From a virus (taxonomy: Duplodnaviria > Caudoviricetes): a stretch of DNA of 64,000 nucleotides. The stretch is taken from positions 1 to 64,000 of the IMG/VR virus record IMGVR_UViG_3300011336_000243; one strand, written 5' to 3'. Position numbers and translations under genes: made by a program. Positions within the stretch are counted from its first letter, which is position 1, and each line of letters begins with the position of its first letter. Under the pieces are notes generated by a model. It was not told the origin of the DNA. It worked only from the letters and a program-made list of their open reading frames with translations, and searched no databases. Below, piece after piece: positions 55,173-64,000 of this stretch.

Positions 55173-55677
55173 AAGTTTGCATTTTAAAAAGTATATAAAG
55201 TATTATAGCCAAAGCTGTAATGATGAGTATGCGTAAATAGTTAAAAGACCTTTGCTTGTACAGTTTTCTTTCAACTTCTAATTGAGTGTTTTTCTCTTTA
55301 AGGACAACGATAGAGTCTATAAACATGTTTACTTTTCTAGTATCCTCATAGTAGTTGAATGTTTTATTGACTACTGTGTCTACTCTAATAATAGAAGGAG
55401 GACATTTAGCTCTAACTATGTAAGGGACTTTTACTGTGTCTAATAATGAAGGAGGACATTCAACATCTATGTAGTTTTCTACTGTGTCTGTCTTCCCAGG
55501 TAGAAACTTCTCCACGTAGGCAATTGAGTCTTTTGTAGGATAGTAAGACAAGCATGCTTTAGCTACTACACTAGGATAGGAAGTCTGTGCTTTAACTATG
55601 TCTTTAGTTGCTTTCTTACTAGTGTAACATGAAGTTAGACTAAGTATTATTAGAAGGATCGGTAAGTGTTTCATCAT
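55144..55677 (-). CDS. Putative unimolecular spanin (lipoprotein with C-terminal TM)
   Basis: Lipobox LSLTSC; C-terminal hydrophobic ILIITALAIILYILF; lies between the holin and endolysin. Confidence 0.65.
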   Translation of the reverse strand: MMKHLPILLIILSLTSCYTSKKATKDIVKAQTSYPSVVAKACLSYYPTKDSIAYVEKFLPGKTDTVENYIDVECPPSLLDTVKVPYIVRAKCPPSIIRVDTVVNKTFNYYEDTRKVNMFIDSIVVLKEKNTQLEVERKLYKQRSFNYLRILIITALAIILYILFKMQTYDNIKTMLR

Positions 55678-56104
55678 TCTCAGTTTGGTTATTTTGCAAA
55701 TCTACGGACTTTGTTTCGTTATTATCTACATCTATTCCCGTAAACTTTTGGATTCCTTTGTTAAATTTTGCAGGATAAGTCTTTTCTATGTATCTCATAA
55801 TACTCTCAGCTAGAAACGCAGATGCCATTACTATAGGTATACGTGGTAACGTAGACTTATAGAATAGAAGTAAGTAGTTAGTCATAAACCCTACAGCTAA
55901 AGCTAAGAATACTATTATAGTTATGTCAGACTTAGACACAATCTCTTTATCCCTTACGCGTAAGGCTACACGTACACCACTTCCTAATACTACTGCACAT
56001 AAGAATAGTGCTCCTTCCATAATTAAACCTTTTGGGTTATTTATGTCAGGCTGTATTAGTATCTGTAGTATACAGATTAAAATAAGGGTAGGATTGCTTA
56101 TCAT
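55640..56104 (-). CDS. Putative holin
   Basis: 3-4 hydrophobic segments, charged C-terminus, lysis-cassette position. Confidence 0.6.
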   Translation of the reverse strand: MISNPTLILICILQILIQPDINNPKGLIMEGALFLCAVVLGSGVRVALRVRDKEIVSKSDITIIVFLALAVGFMTNYLLLFYKSTLPRIPIVMASAFLAESIMRYIEKTYPAKFNKGIQKFTGIDVDNNETKSVDLQNNQTENDETLTDPSNNT

Positions 56105-56724
56105 TACCTTATACAGATTATTTTGATTTTACAGTCTTCTTCCGTAACAAATTGGTGAACTTGCTTTCTGTCTATCTTTATCATATCACCACTTTTTAGA
56201 GTACGAGTAATTCCTCCTTTATACTTTAACTTTAGTATTCCTTGGTTAATCAGTATTATAGTGTCAAAAGTATTGTAGTGCATCTGTCTAAACGTAGGGT
56301 GATTAACTATTAGAGTGAATATGATAGTGGTTTCTGAAGCATCTTTCTGTAGAGGGATTACGTTTTTATAGCTTTCTACATCAACAAGTCTATTGTAAAC
56401 TAAGTCTCCCCAAGTAATCCTGTAGTACTTTCTATACACGAATTTGTGAAAGACATCTACATTGTAGTAGTCTAGGATCTTCTGTCCTCCTACTAATATT
56501 GTGGTTAAAAACAAAAGGCTGTAAAAGACTGGCATTTCTACGAACTCACGTTGCAGAATGTCAAATCTGTTTACAGCAAAGAATAAACTTAAAAGATAAG
56601 TTATATATCCGTATTTTTCTATAGATCCTAGTTGTTTAATACTAGCAAAAGCTATCAAAGCAGTTACTAGTATAGTACATAGACTAGCGTACATAAGTAG
56701 GTCGACTGTATTGGTATACTCCAT
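56104..56724 (-). CDS. Membrane protein with a C-terminal cupin domain
   Basis: Three N-terminal TM segments; HYN...TIILINQGIL...LKSGDMIKIDRKQVHQF cupin pattern. Confidence 0.7.
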   Translation of the reverse strand: MEYTNTVDLLMYASLCTILVTALIAFASIKQLGSIEKYGYITYLLSLFFAVNRFDILQREFVEMPVFYSLLFLTTILVGGQKILDYYNVDVFHKFVYRKYYRITWGDLVYNRLVDVESYKNVIPLQKDASETTIIFTLIVNHPTFRQMHYNTFDTIILINQGILKLKYKGGITRTLKSGDMIKIDRKQVHQFVTEEDCKIKIICIR

Positions 56725-56750
56725 TTTAGTTAGTGATTCTTTTTGGCTAA

Positions 56751-56758
56751 CAAAGATA
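56751..56758 (-). promoter_or_regulatory. Bacteroidota -7 element TATCTTTG
   Basis: TAnnTTTG 26 nt upstream of the cupin-gene ATG. Confidence 0.55.
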
Positions 56759-56824
56759 GGAAGTAAACCGAAAAAGCTTGCTATAAGTGCTGTACAGTTT
56801 TCTTAATCAACGTAGTATTAAAAC

Positions 56825-57103
56825 CTAAAGTCCTAGTACTCTTTTATCTTCTTCAGATAATAAAGACAGTGCTCTAACTCGGATTAACTCGTTTATATCT
56901 AATTCATCTTTTTGGTAAAGCTCTTTAGTATAGTAATCCGTATTTTCACCAACTTCTAGTTTATTATCCAAATATGCCTTATAAGATATAGCGTTGTCAT
57001 AATCTACGAATGACTTTTCTGTATCATCATTGTAAACTTTTAAAAACTGGTTAGTTGTAGTGTCTATTACGTTCTTGTACTTTATTATTGTATGTAGTTC
57101 CAT
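56825..57103 (-). CDS. Hypothetical protein (92 aa)
   Basis: Ends LSLLSEEDKRVLGL, a common small phage-protein ending. Confidence 0.7.
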   Translation of the reverse strand: MELHTIIKYKNVIDTTTNQFLKVYNDDTEKSFVDYDNAISYKAYLDNKLEVGENTDYYTKELYQKDELDINELIRVRALSLLSEEDKRVLGL

Positions 57104-57113
57104 ATTGTCTATT

Positions 57114-58769
57114 TTATCTTGTTAGCATTAGTTGTAAAAAGTCTATGTTACCTCCCATTGGTTTAGGTGTGTTATAGAATGCAATCTTGTCATTACCATC
57201 TTGATACACAGTAGTAAATGCAAAGTTGCCATAAAATGCTGAAGTACTACCTGAACCTTGTTTAGGGCCACCAATTGCTTCAATCATTCCACTTTGCAAG
57301 TCTATTCTAAAACATGGTCTTTGCGATGTTGTAGATGTACTATTAGCTAATGAAAAATAATAGGCATATTTACCACTTTGCGTATGTGGATTATAAGCAA
57401 AGTATCCATAGTCATTGTTCATAGTCCATACATTATACCCTGTACTTAAGTTAAGAGGTGCTAAAGTATTAGTCCATGTTCCTGTTGCAGCACCTGTGAT
57501 GTCAAACAAATCATAGTTTGTTGTACTTCTTATAGAGTATATTTGACAAGGTTTTATAACTCCATTAGAATCATAAGGTGTTCCAAATTGAGCCCATGTA
57601 ATACCACCTGACCCCATTGCAGATGTTCTAGCACCCCATGTAGTACCTGCATCCCATGTGTTAGCAGTTCCACCACAATAGTTAGTAATCTTGTAGTTGT
57701 ATGTAACCGTTGCACCACCCATAAAACCTATTAAGTTATCAGTACAATTCTCTATTACAAACTTACAAGTAGCAGAAGGTGTTACAGTCCAAGTAGCAAC
57801 CGTATAAACATTTCCTGTATTAGCTGTGATTAATCTACGTTGCCCTACTGCTGTCGGTATTGCAGTATCTTCTACTATTCTTATTTGGAAGTTTCTAAAG
57901 TAGTTATTTTTTACTAACACATCTCCTCCACTAGTTTGACCTGTTATAGACGTTGCAGATATTGCCGTTGCAGTTAAACACTTTTTTACAAAATCCCCTG
58001 CTGTATCGTAAGTTGCAGTACCTACTACATAACCTTCACCTACATTCCTATCACTAGGTACATACTGTTCATCCATACTTATTAGTTGGTTGTGTGTAGC
58101 GGCTACTGTTGCAATTAAGTTAGTTGTACTTAAACTACTAAATGAGTTAGTAAGTAAATCGTATCTTCTAAACTGATTGGCTGCTAATGCACCATTATTT
58201 AAAAATACAACTGAACCGCTTAAAAACTCGTATCTATCACCTGAAACTGGAGTAAAACTTAAAGGTTTATCTAAGTAAATAGTTGGTGTAGTGCCTGATG
58301 TATTAGCTATTACTCTACGTTCTTCTATCTTACCACTACTACCTGTAGCATTTCCAATTACTCTAACAATGAAACCTTTACCATCTCCTCTATTTGCCAA
58401 CTGATTAGCATTTACAGATGCTGGTAGTGCAGTAGTTAGTGCAAATGATGAAGTGGTTGCACTTGCTGCTATTGTTCCTGTTGGTGATAAGCTAGGACAA
58501 AACGTAGCTGTTGCACCTGACGAAAAAGTACCACCCATACCCATAGCCGAATTAATATGAAACCATGCGTCATTTTTTATGTGATAAGCACTAAGTTGAT
58601 TAGTAAATCCTTGCATATAAAATAGTGGATGTGCGTAGTCTCTATTTCTGTAATCATCTGCAATAACTATACCGTTTGCGTTTGCAAAAGTGGCATTACT
58701 AGTAGTTATCATTTGGCTAAGACTACGCCACTCCATTAAGTCTAAGATGTCTTTGTGATTAATTGTCAT
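57114..58769 (-). CDS. Beta-rich tail-associated / receptor-binding protein (551 aa)
   Basis: Thr/Gly/Asn-rich, repeated R.I..NT..T and propeller-like W/Y blades. Confidence 0.6.
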   Translation of the reverse strand: MTINHKDILDLMEWRSLSQMITTSNATFANANGIVIADDYRNRDYAHPLFYMQGFTNQLSAYHIKNDAWFHINSAMGMGGTFSSGATATFCPSLSPTGTIAASATTSSFALTTALPASVNANQLANRGDGKGFIVRVIGNATGSSGKIEERRVIANTSGTTPTIYLDKPLSFTPVSGDRYEFLSGSVVFLNNGALAANQFRRYDLLTNSFSSLSTTNLIATVAATHNQLISMDEQYVPSDRNVGEGYVVGTATYDTAGDFVKKCLTATAISATSITGQTSGGDVLVKNNYFRNFQIRIVEDTAIPTAVGQRRLITANTGNVYTVATWTVTPSATCKFVIENCTDNLIGFMGGATVTYNYKITNYCGGTANTWDAGTTWGARTSAMGSGGITWAQFGTPYDSNGVIKPCQIYSIRSTTNYDLFDITGAATGTWTNTLAPLNLSTGYNVWTMNNDYGYFAYNPHTQSGKYAYYFSLANSTSTTSQRPCFRIDLQSGMIEAIGGPKQGSGSTSAFYGNFAFTTVYQDGNDKIAFYNTPKPMGGNIDFLQLMLTR

Positions 58770-58771
58770 AA

Positions 58772-59299
58772 TTATGCGATTGTGTTTTTTCTAAAGTTAT
58801 TAAAGTTATCTCTCATTTGGATATGTATAGTAAAAGGTACAAACTGGTCGTTTTGACTTCCATAATATGTTAGTTGTGTAACAGTTGATACGGAAGTAGG
58901 TATTACAGAATTGCTATCATTTCTTACCATCACATTTTTACCTTGAATAGTATCGTTCTCTATTCTTCTCAACATAGATAAATCTCTCCTAGTTATTAAG
59001 CTATCTATCTCACTTAGTGTTACACCTTGTGGTGCTTCACTCCAATAGAATATCTGTAAGTTGTCAGTATCTTCAAAACCTACTACATTTGTGTTATAGT
59101 CTAACAATAATCTGTTATCTGATGTTACTTCTCCACCTTTTGTGGGGTCGTTAAACTGATAGATAATAGTGTTGTTAGTTACATCAGTTACCATAAGTAA
59201 CCCATCTAGTGAGCATTTAAACCCACTAAATGTGATAGTCCTATTTTGGTAATCAAAGGTGTAACCACCTAAATCTCTGCCTATTAATACTTTTGCCAT
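58772..59299 (-). CDS. Tail-associated protein (175 aa)
   Basis: YTFD...RTITF...LLMVTDVTNNTIIYQFNDP pattern seen in phage tail accessory proteins. Confidence 0.6.
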   Translation of the reverse strand: MAKVLIGRDLGGYTFDYQNRTITFSGFKCSLDGLLMVTDVTNNTIIYQFNDPTKGGEVTSDNRLLLDYNTNVVGFEDTDNLQIFYWSEAPQGVTLSEIDSLITRRDLSMLRRIENDTIQGKNVMVRNDSNSVIPTSVSTVTQLTYYGSQNDQFVPFTIHIQMRDNFNNFRKNTIA

Positions 59300-59310
59300 G
59301 TTCTTTTTAT

Positions 59311-60888
59311 TTAGCCTAGTGCGATTGCGTATGCTATTGCGTCATTTGTAGTTACTCCTCCACCACCGCCACCACTTGCGCTTATCACGTAAGGAGATGC
59401 AGTAGTACCACTTCCTGTTATTGTTACATTTGTGCCCTGCGAAATTAAGGCATTTATGTTAGAAATGTAACCACTTGGATTAGTTGCATCATATTTTAGT
59501 CCAATTGCTGTTGCCTGAGCTGTGCTTACTGGCTTATTAGCATCAGATGTATTATCTACGTTACTAAGTCCTACAAAAGTTTTATCTATAGTTTTATTCT
59601 TCCAAAGAGAAGAAGAACTTTCGTAAACTAAAGCTTGATTGTTAGTTGGAGTATTTGTAAGTACGTCTACATCATGTATCTCTTTTAGTTCAAATCCGTT
59701 TTGCACCTTTACAAATATTTCTCCATTGCTAGAGTTTACACGAGTTACTACTCCGATAAAAACTAAGTGAGCTGGAGCGTAAGGTTTATTAACTAAACCA
59801 TAGATTAAGTCACCGTTAGTTCCAAGCCAAACTGGATCTCCAACAACTGCAGTAGATGTATTTAACCCAGTAAGTAATCCTTCTGTAACTACGTTTACTA
59901 GTGCATTTGTACTTCCGCCTGTCTCAAGTAAACCCATTGTCTTACTACTAGTGGCTTCACTAGTATTACTAGCTTTGCTAACAATCATGTTAGTACCATC
60001 AGCAGATGATACATACACTGCTTGCCCTTTAGCAATAGCTAAACCTAATTTTACCTTATGCTTTATTGTCGATGTAAAAGACGCTGCAGGTGCTTCATCA
60101 ATCCACTGAGTGTTATAGTTAGTAGAGTCTATTTTAGAAAGTATTTGTCCAGCAGTTCCTCCTATTGGGACACCTTGAGCAGATGTACTAGCAATGTTTC
60201 CATTTAACTTTTGGATAGCACTTAGTATCGTGTCTGCTGAAGTCACCGTACCTGCTCCACTTACGTAGCCAGTTAATACTTTTCCTATTACTGCTGATGT
60301 AAGTAAAGAAGGATTTGGGTAAGTTCCACTTAATTCTCCACCTGCAGTTATACTACTTATGTTAGAGATATATCCACTAGGGTTAGTAGCGTCGTACTTT
60401 AAAGCTAATGCTGATGCAGTAGCAGTACTAATAGGTTTGTTTAAGTCACTAGTATCATCTACGTTACCTAGACCAACTTGTGATTTAGTTGTACTATGAG
60501 GATTACTAGTGTTAGATAGATGCGCTAATATGTTTGCACCATTAGTACTAACCCAACTTACTACAGAGTCATAAGAATTCTTTAAAGCTGTAGTAAAGAT
60601 TTCAGTAATAGAAGTTAGTTTAGTTTTTTCTGCTGGCGCCATTAGTCCTGCATTAGTTCCTGAAGCAAGAGGCAACGTAGCATCTGCTCCTGTGCTACTA
60701 GTTACTATTCCATTTGTAGGAGAAGGAGTGTAGCCTAAATCAGTAAAAGTATTCCCTGCGTTTATGATAGCTTGATTTACACTACGTTTATTCATAGCGT
60801 CCATGTCATCTACGGCATCCATCATGTTCTTGATAGGATTGCCTAACATGTCAAAACCATGCGGGGTCTTTTTTAGTGTATCTGACAT
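59311..60888 (-). CDS. Tail fibre protein with internal repeats
   Basis: Two VGL.NVD.TSD.NKP.STA...LKYDATNPSGYISNI repeats; HLSNTSNPH; GGTAGQILSK; ELKEIHDV. Confidence 0.8.
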   Translation of the reverse strand: MSDTLKKTPHGFDMLGNPIKNMMDAVDDMDAMNKRSVNQAIINAGNTFTDLGYTPSPTNGIVTSSTGADATLPLASGTNAGLMAPAEKTKLTSITEIFTTALKNSYDSVVSWVSTNGANILAHLSNTSNPHSTTKSQVGLGNVDDTSDLNKPISTATASALALKYDATNPSGYISNISSITAGGELSGTYPNPSLLTSAVIGKVLTGYVSGAGTVTSADTILSAIQKLNGNIASTSAQGVPIGGTAGQILSKIDSTNYNTQWIDEAPAASFTSTIKHKVKLGLAIAKGQAVYVSSADGTNMIVSKASNTSEATSSKTMGLLETGGSTNALVNVVTEGLLTGLNTSTAVVGDPVWLGTNGDLIYGLVNKPYAPAHLVFIGVVTRVNSSNGEIFVKVQNGFELKEIHDVDVLTNTPTNNQALVYESSSSLWKNKTIDKTFVGLSNVDNTSDANKPVSTAQATAIGLKYDATNPSGYISNINALISQGTNVTITGSGTTASPYVISASGGGGGGVTTNDAIAYAIALG

Positions 60889-61898
60889 TACTTATCTATC
60901 TCAACTTTACCAGATTGAGCAGGGTTAAATTGTATAGTGATATGGTCTGGATCTGTTGCAGTGATTACTCCTGAAATCTCTACTCCATTTAAGTCGTAGA
61001 TAGTAACAATTGGAGTAAGCGTCTTAAGATTATGTTCAATAGTAAGACTTGTTTTGTTATAGAACATAAAGATTTTAGGACTGCCCATTATCTCTGTAAC
61101 TAAGTCATTAGCTGTAGGAGTTGTGTCTATGCCTGTGCTGTCTGTCTCGAAGTATCTTTCGTAGTAGTTTGCAGGAGGTATAAAGCGAGTCATTGCTTGA
61201 AGTTGTGCTTCTCTCATATCTACAGTAGGATATGTAATCTCGTTCATAGCTCTAGCACCATAAAGTTCAAATCTTCCTAATAGTTCAGTCTCTCTATAAA
61301 CTTTATCTTGGTAACCTGCTCCAATCATCTTCATTCTCACGTAGTAGTATAAAGCTTCTTTGTAGTTCTGGTTATCTGGAATAAGTGGAAGTCCGTTCTC
61401 GTCTAAAGGTCTTTGTAAGTAGTATATTCTTAAGTATCCTTCTTGAATGTTTGTAGTCAAATAGTCCATTTCTATTTTATACCAGTCTGAAGTATTCTGA
61501 GGAGTACTAGGGATGTTATTAGTGTTGTTTTGTTGTGCTGGCATAAAGTTGCCTGTCACAGGATTAATACCACCTAGTACAGATGAGTTTACACCTGCTA
61601 TCTTATAGAGATTAGCTAAACTGCCTGTCGCGTAGTGTTTAGCACTTGTTGAACTACGTAGTCTATTTCCTTTGTACTCTATTGCTTTAATAGAGATTAA
61701 GCCACAAGGAAGTTTTACTTTATGAAAGTCTATTAAACAGTCTGCATATTGTTCTGAACAAACTGTATTTGTATGAAGAAGACTCATAGCTTCAGGAATC
61801 CACTCTACCATATCTTCTATGTACGTGGCATCGTAAAGTCTTGTGTTTCTAATTACACTGGCTATTACCTCATCTATGGAGCAGGTCTTGTAAATCAT
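60888..61898 (-). CDS. Tail ring/tubular protein with a C-terminal appended domain
   Basis: CLIDFHKVKLPCGL; IYYLQRPLDENGLPLIPDN, a crAss-like ring protein pattern. Confidence 0.7.
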   Translation of the reverse strand: MIYKTCSIDEVIASVIRNTRLYDATYIEDMVEWIPEAMSLLHTNTVCSEQYADCLIDFHKVKLPCGLISIKAIEYKGNRLRSSTSAKHYATGSLANLYKIAGVNSSVLGGINPVTGNFMPAQQNNTNNIPSTPQNTSDWYKIEMDYLTTNIQEGYLRIYYLQRPLDENGLPLIPDNQNYKEALYYYVRMKMIGAGYQDKVYRETELLGRFELYGARAMNEITYPTVDMREAQLQAMTRFIPPANYYERYFETDSTGIDTTPTANDLVTEIMGSPKIFMFYNKTSLTIEHNLKTLTPIVTIYDLNGVEISGVITATDPDHITIQFNPAQSGKVEIDK

Positions 61899-62488
61899 TT
61901 GTGGTCTTTTTTGTTTTTAAAGTAAGGGTATCTATAGCGTAGTGCTTTATTCTCAGTTAAGGCTTTATCTAGCATTTGATTGAAGCCTTTTCCATTCCTT
62001 AGGTTCTTAGTAGGCTTAAACTCGTATAGGGCTTTGTTGGCTACTATAGCAGGTTTATACCATGATATCCTACACCAGTCATCTGAAGTGTAGTAGATTA
62101 TTTTAGCACGTTTAAAACTACCATCTTCTTGTTCTACTAAAGGTTGTTGACTTGTAGCTTTAAAGTTAACTGCTTTGTTCTTAAAGTTCCTTTCTACTCT
62201 ACGTGCATAAATCTTTCCTAGATGTCCAAACATATTAATAGACTTTCCTTGTATGATTTCTTCTTTAGCTCTTTCAAAGTAAAGTCGAATTACTTCTGAG
62301 AAAGTCCCATAGTCTAGTACGTTTAAGACACAAAGTTTTCCTTTAGCATCTGTGTACTTTCTATAAAGATTATAAGCAGGCATACCATGTTTAGCTCTGC
62401 CCCACCACTCTGGGTTTTGACTAAGCAACTTCATGGAATAAGCATTCCAGATGTCTTTAATATGATATGTCTGTGTTCCTTTTTTCAT
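61895..62488 (-). CDS. IHF/HU-like protein (crAss conserved)
   Basis: Basic; FSEVIRLYF...IIQG.SINM..HLGKIY resembles an HU/IHF fold; head-tail block position. Confidence 0.55.
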   Translation of the reverse strand: MKKGTQTYHIKDIWNAYSMKLLSQNPEWWGRAKHGMPAYNLYRKYTDAKGKLCVLNVLDYGTFSEVIRLYFERAKEEIIQGKSINMFGHLGKIYARRVERNFKNKAVNFKATSQQPLVEQEDGSFKRAKIIYYTSDDWCRISWYKPAIVANKALYEFKPTKNLRNGKGFNQMLDKALTENKALRYRYPYFKNKKDHK

Positions 62489-63129
62489 TATTGTTTGATG
62501 TCAGTTAAAGCGTTAGGAGATACACTTACTTCAGGAGCTATTCCTCCTCCCTTTAAATCTGCTTCTACCTTTTCTATGCATAGTTGAAGTATCTCATCTT
62601 TACAAGGATAAGGGGCATCCCAGAAATCACATGTAGGTTCTGTCTCACAAGTATATGCGTAAATACTATAAGGGTCATTAAAGATAGCATCTACTCTTAC
62701 CATAGGTAAGTCAGGATACTCATGTACTACTATTTTATTGTTTAACCAAGTAAACAAGACTTTGTTTTTAGAGTACTTACCTTTTTTAGCGTATCTCATA
62801 GTCCCAGGAGAAGTATAAGAAAATGCTAGTTGTCCATCAACAGAACCAACGTAGTCAAATACAACATTGTTCGCTCTGATGACTTCTATTGGTGCAGACA
62901 TTGCTACGTCACAAAGTTGTGGTAAGCAGTTCATCTCTTTAGACTTTTCTAAAGGAAGAAATAAAGTCTGCATAAAAAATCTTCTTTCTTGAGGAGTCTT
63001 TTCTAAAGTCTGTCTAGTGAAGCGTTCTCTATAAATCTTTATTCTTTCCATTACGCTAAGTTTGAAAGGAAGATCAAAAGTCTTATTAAACTTTTCTGCT
63101 ATTAAAGTTGATATTTCGTTTGGTGTCAT
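62488..63129 (-). CDS. Tail ring/adaptor protein (213 aa)
   Basis: Position after the capsid block; VRVDAIFNDP...DAPYP pattern. Confidence 0.6.
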   Translation of the reverse strand: MTPNEISTLIAEKFNKTFDLPFKLSVMERIKIYRERFTRQTLEKTPQERRFFMQTLFLPLEKSKEMNCLPQLCDVAMSAPIEVIRANNVVFDYVGSVDGQLAFSYTSPGTMRYAKKGKYSKNKVLFTWLNNKIVVHEYPDLPMVRVDAIFNDPYSIYAYTCETEPTCDFWDAPYPCKDEILQLCIEKVEADLKGGGIAPEVSVSPNALTDIKQ

Positions 63130-63136
63130 GACTCTA

Positions 63137-63144
63137 CAAAATTA
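63137..63144 (-). promoter_or_regulatory. Bacteroidota -7 element TAATTTTG
   Basis: TAnnTTTG 7 nt upstream of the ATG at 63129, right after a terminator. Confidence 0.55.
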
Positions 63145-63147
63145 AGT

Positions 63148-63180
63148 AAAAAAAGCTTCCCTTTTACGAGAAGCTTTTTT
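63148..63180 (-). terminator. Intrinsic terminator (A/T-flanked on both sides)
   Basis: AAAAAAGCTTC...GAAGCTTTTTT. Confidence 0.8.
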
Positions 63181-63203
63181 AATTTATGCTAAGGAAGAAA
63201 AGC

Positions 63204-64000
63204 TTATGCGAATAAAGCAGCCAAAGCAGCACCAGTACCTGCAGTACAAGCTACTATGATTGTTTTTCTATACTCTTGTTGATGCATAGGAGTTGGACTA
63301 GCTTCAAAGTCTAAAACTTCAAAAGTTACTAAGTCAAATGTGCTTGAAGAAGTTACAAATGAAGGTAAACTTACAGTACCGTAATCAGAACCATTAGTTA
63401 AACCACCGTCATTGCTATATTGCATTACACCTCTACGAGTGTTAAACTCAGTAAATAAGTCAACTACTTGCTCATAAGTACCGTTACCTTGAAAAGGAGT
63501 AGTACTTACTAAATAAGTGTAAACAACTGGAGAAGGATCAGGGTTTGCTTTACTTACGTTACTTACTACAGCTAACTTGAAAGTACGTCTGTAATCTGTA
63601 CTAGTAATAACAGCACCTGCAGTTAATGCAGAAGCACTAAAGAATTCACCTTCTTTTTTAGCATTGATACGTGCTACGATAGCTGTCCAAGCTGCGGTTT
63701 CACCTGCTGCTAAAGACTCTGTGTAATCCCACGTAGGTAATGGAATAGAACCTGGAGTTGTTTCAATTACTTTAAATACTAAAGTGTGTGAAGTTACTGC
63801 AGTACCTGTTCCACTTACTTGAGCTACTTGAGCTCTTGGAGCAGCATATACTTTGTTAGTAACTTTTACTGAAGTACCGTCAAAACCAGTAGAGGTTTTT
63901 AAGTTTCTTACAGAACCAACAATGTTGTCTATGTAAGCTAAGTTAAGACGATTTTTTCTAGTAGCAGCTGCGATAGGAGTAGTAGCAGTGTCTAAAGACA
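63204..64000 (-). CDS. Auxiliary capsid / structural protein, 5'-truncated by window edge
   Basis: Frame is open from the window end (SLDTATTPIAAATRKNRL...PFQGNGTYEQV...QYSNDGG); the listed 63425 start is internal; position fits the gene after the major capsid protein in crAss-like genomes. Confidence 0.65.
   Translation of the reverse strand, partial: SLDTATTPIAAATRKNRLNLAYIDNIVGSVRNLKTSTGFDGTSVKVTNKVYAAPRAQVAQVSGTGTAVTSHTLVFKVIETTPGSIPLPTWDYTESLAAGETAAWTAIVARINAKKEGEFFSASALTAGAVITSTDYRRTFKLAVVSNVSKANPDPSPVVYTYLVSTTPFQGNGTYEQVVDLFTEFNTRRGVMQYSNDGGLTNGSDYGTVSLPSFVTSSSTFDLVTFEVLDFEASPTPMHQQEYRKTIIVACTAGTGAALAALFA

Noticed and set aside
55640-56104. Dual-start holin/antiholin using Met1 and Met29
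   Set aside because: A second Met exists, but 28 aa apart is unlike the classic dual-start motif and nothing else supports it.
1-64000. Stop-codon reassignment (TAG/TGA) as in some gut crAss-like phages
   Set aside because: Very long ORFs (4099, 1765, 1416 aa) are intact in the standard code, TAG and TAA end genes at tight junctions, and neither tRNA-like element has a suppressor anticodon in a proper loop.
1-64000. CRISPR array, diversity-generating retroelement, integrase or transposase
   Set aside because: No regularly spaced repeats, no reverse transcriptase, no template/variable repeat pair and no recombinase motifs noticed.

Overview
A 64-kb, AT-rich segment of a crAss-like (Crassvirales-type) phage with a Bacteroidota host, read in the standard genetic code. 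It has two convergent arms meeting at a bidirectional terminator near 22.08 kb. The + arm (1-22.06 kb) carries small early genes, two non-canonical tRNA-like elements, a structured ncRNA candidate, a spore-photoproduct-lyase-like radical SAM gene, dNMP kinase, family A DNA polymerase, three helicases, an AAA ATPase, primase, rIIA/rIIB, a resolvase-like nuclease and a 5'-3' exonuclease. The - arm (22.1-64 kb) carries an auxiliary-capsid-like gene (partial), ring/IHF-like/tail-fibre genes, a lysis cassette, a muzzle/stabilization gene split in two, virion cargo proteins and a 4099-aa virion RNA polymerase (DFDVD) with GNAT and HExxH domains. Most notable: a modular cargo protein punctuated by xxxGG motifs that contains an L,D-transpeptidase (YkuD) domain, next to a lysozyme-like cargo protein; two tRNA mimics with aberrant anticodon arms that both end N-C-T-A; an ncRNA with partial twister-sister resemblance; host-type TAnnTTTG promoters placed to give leaderless late mRNAs; a membrane-cupin gene heading the lysis operon; and a duplicated thumb segment in PolA. 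All family assignments are by motif recognition only, with no database searches.
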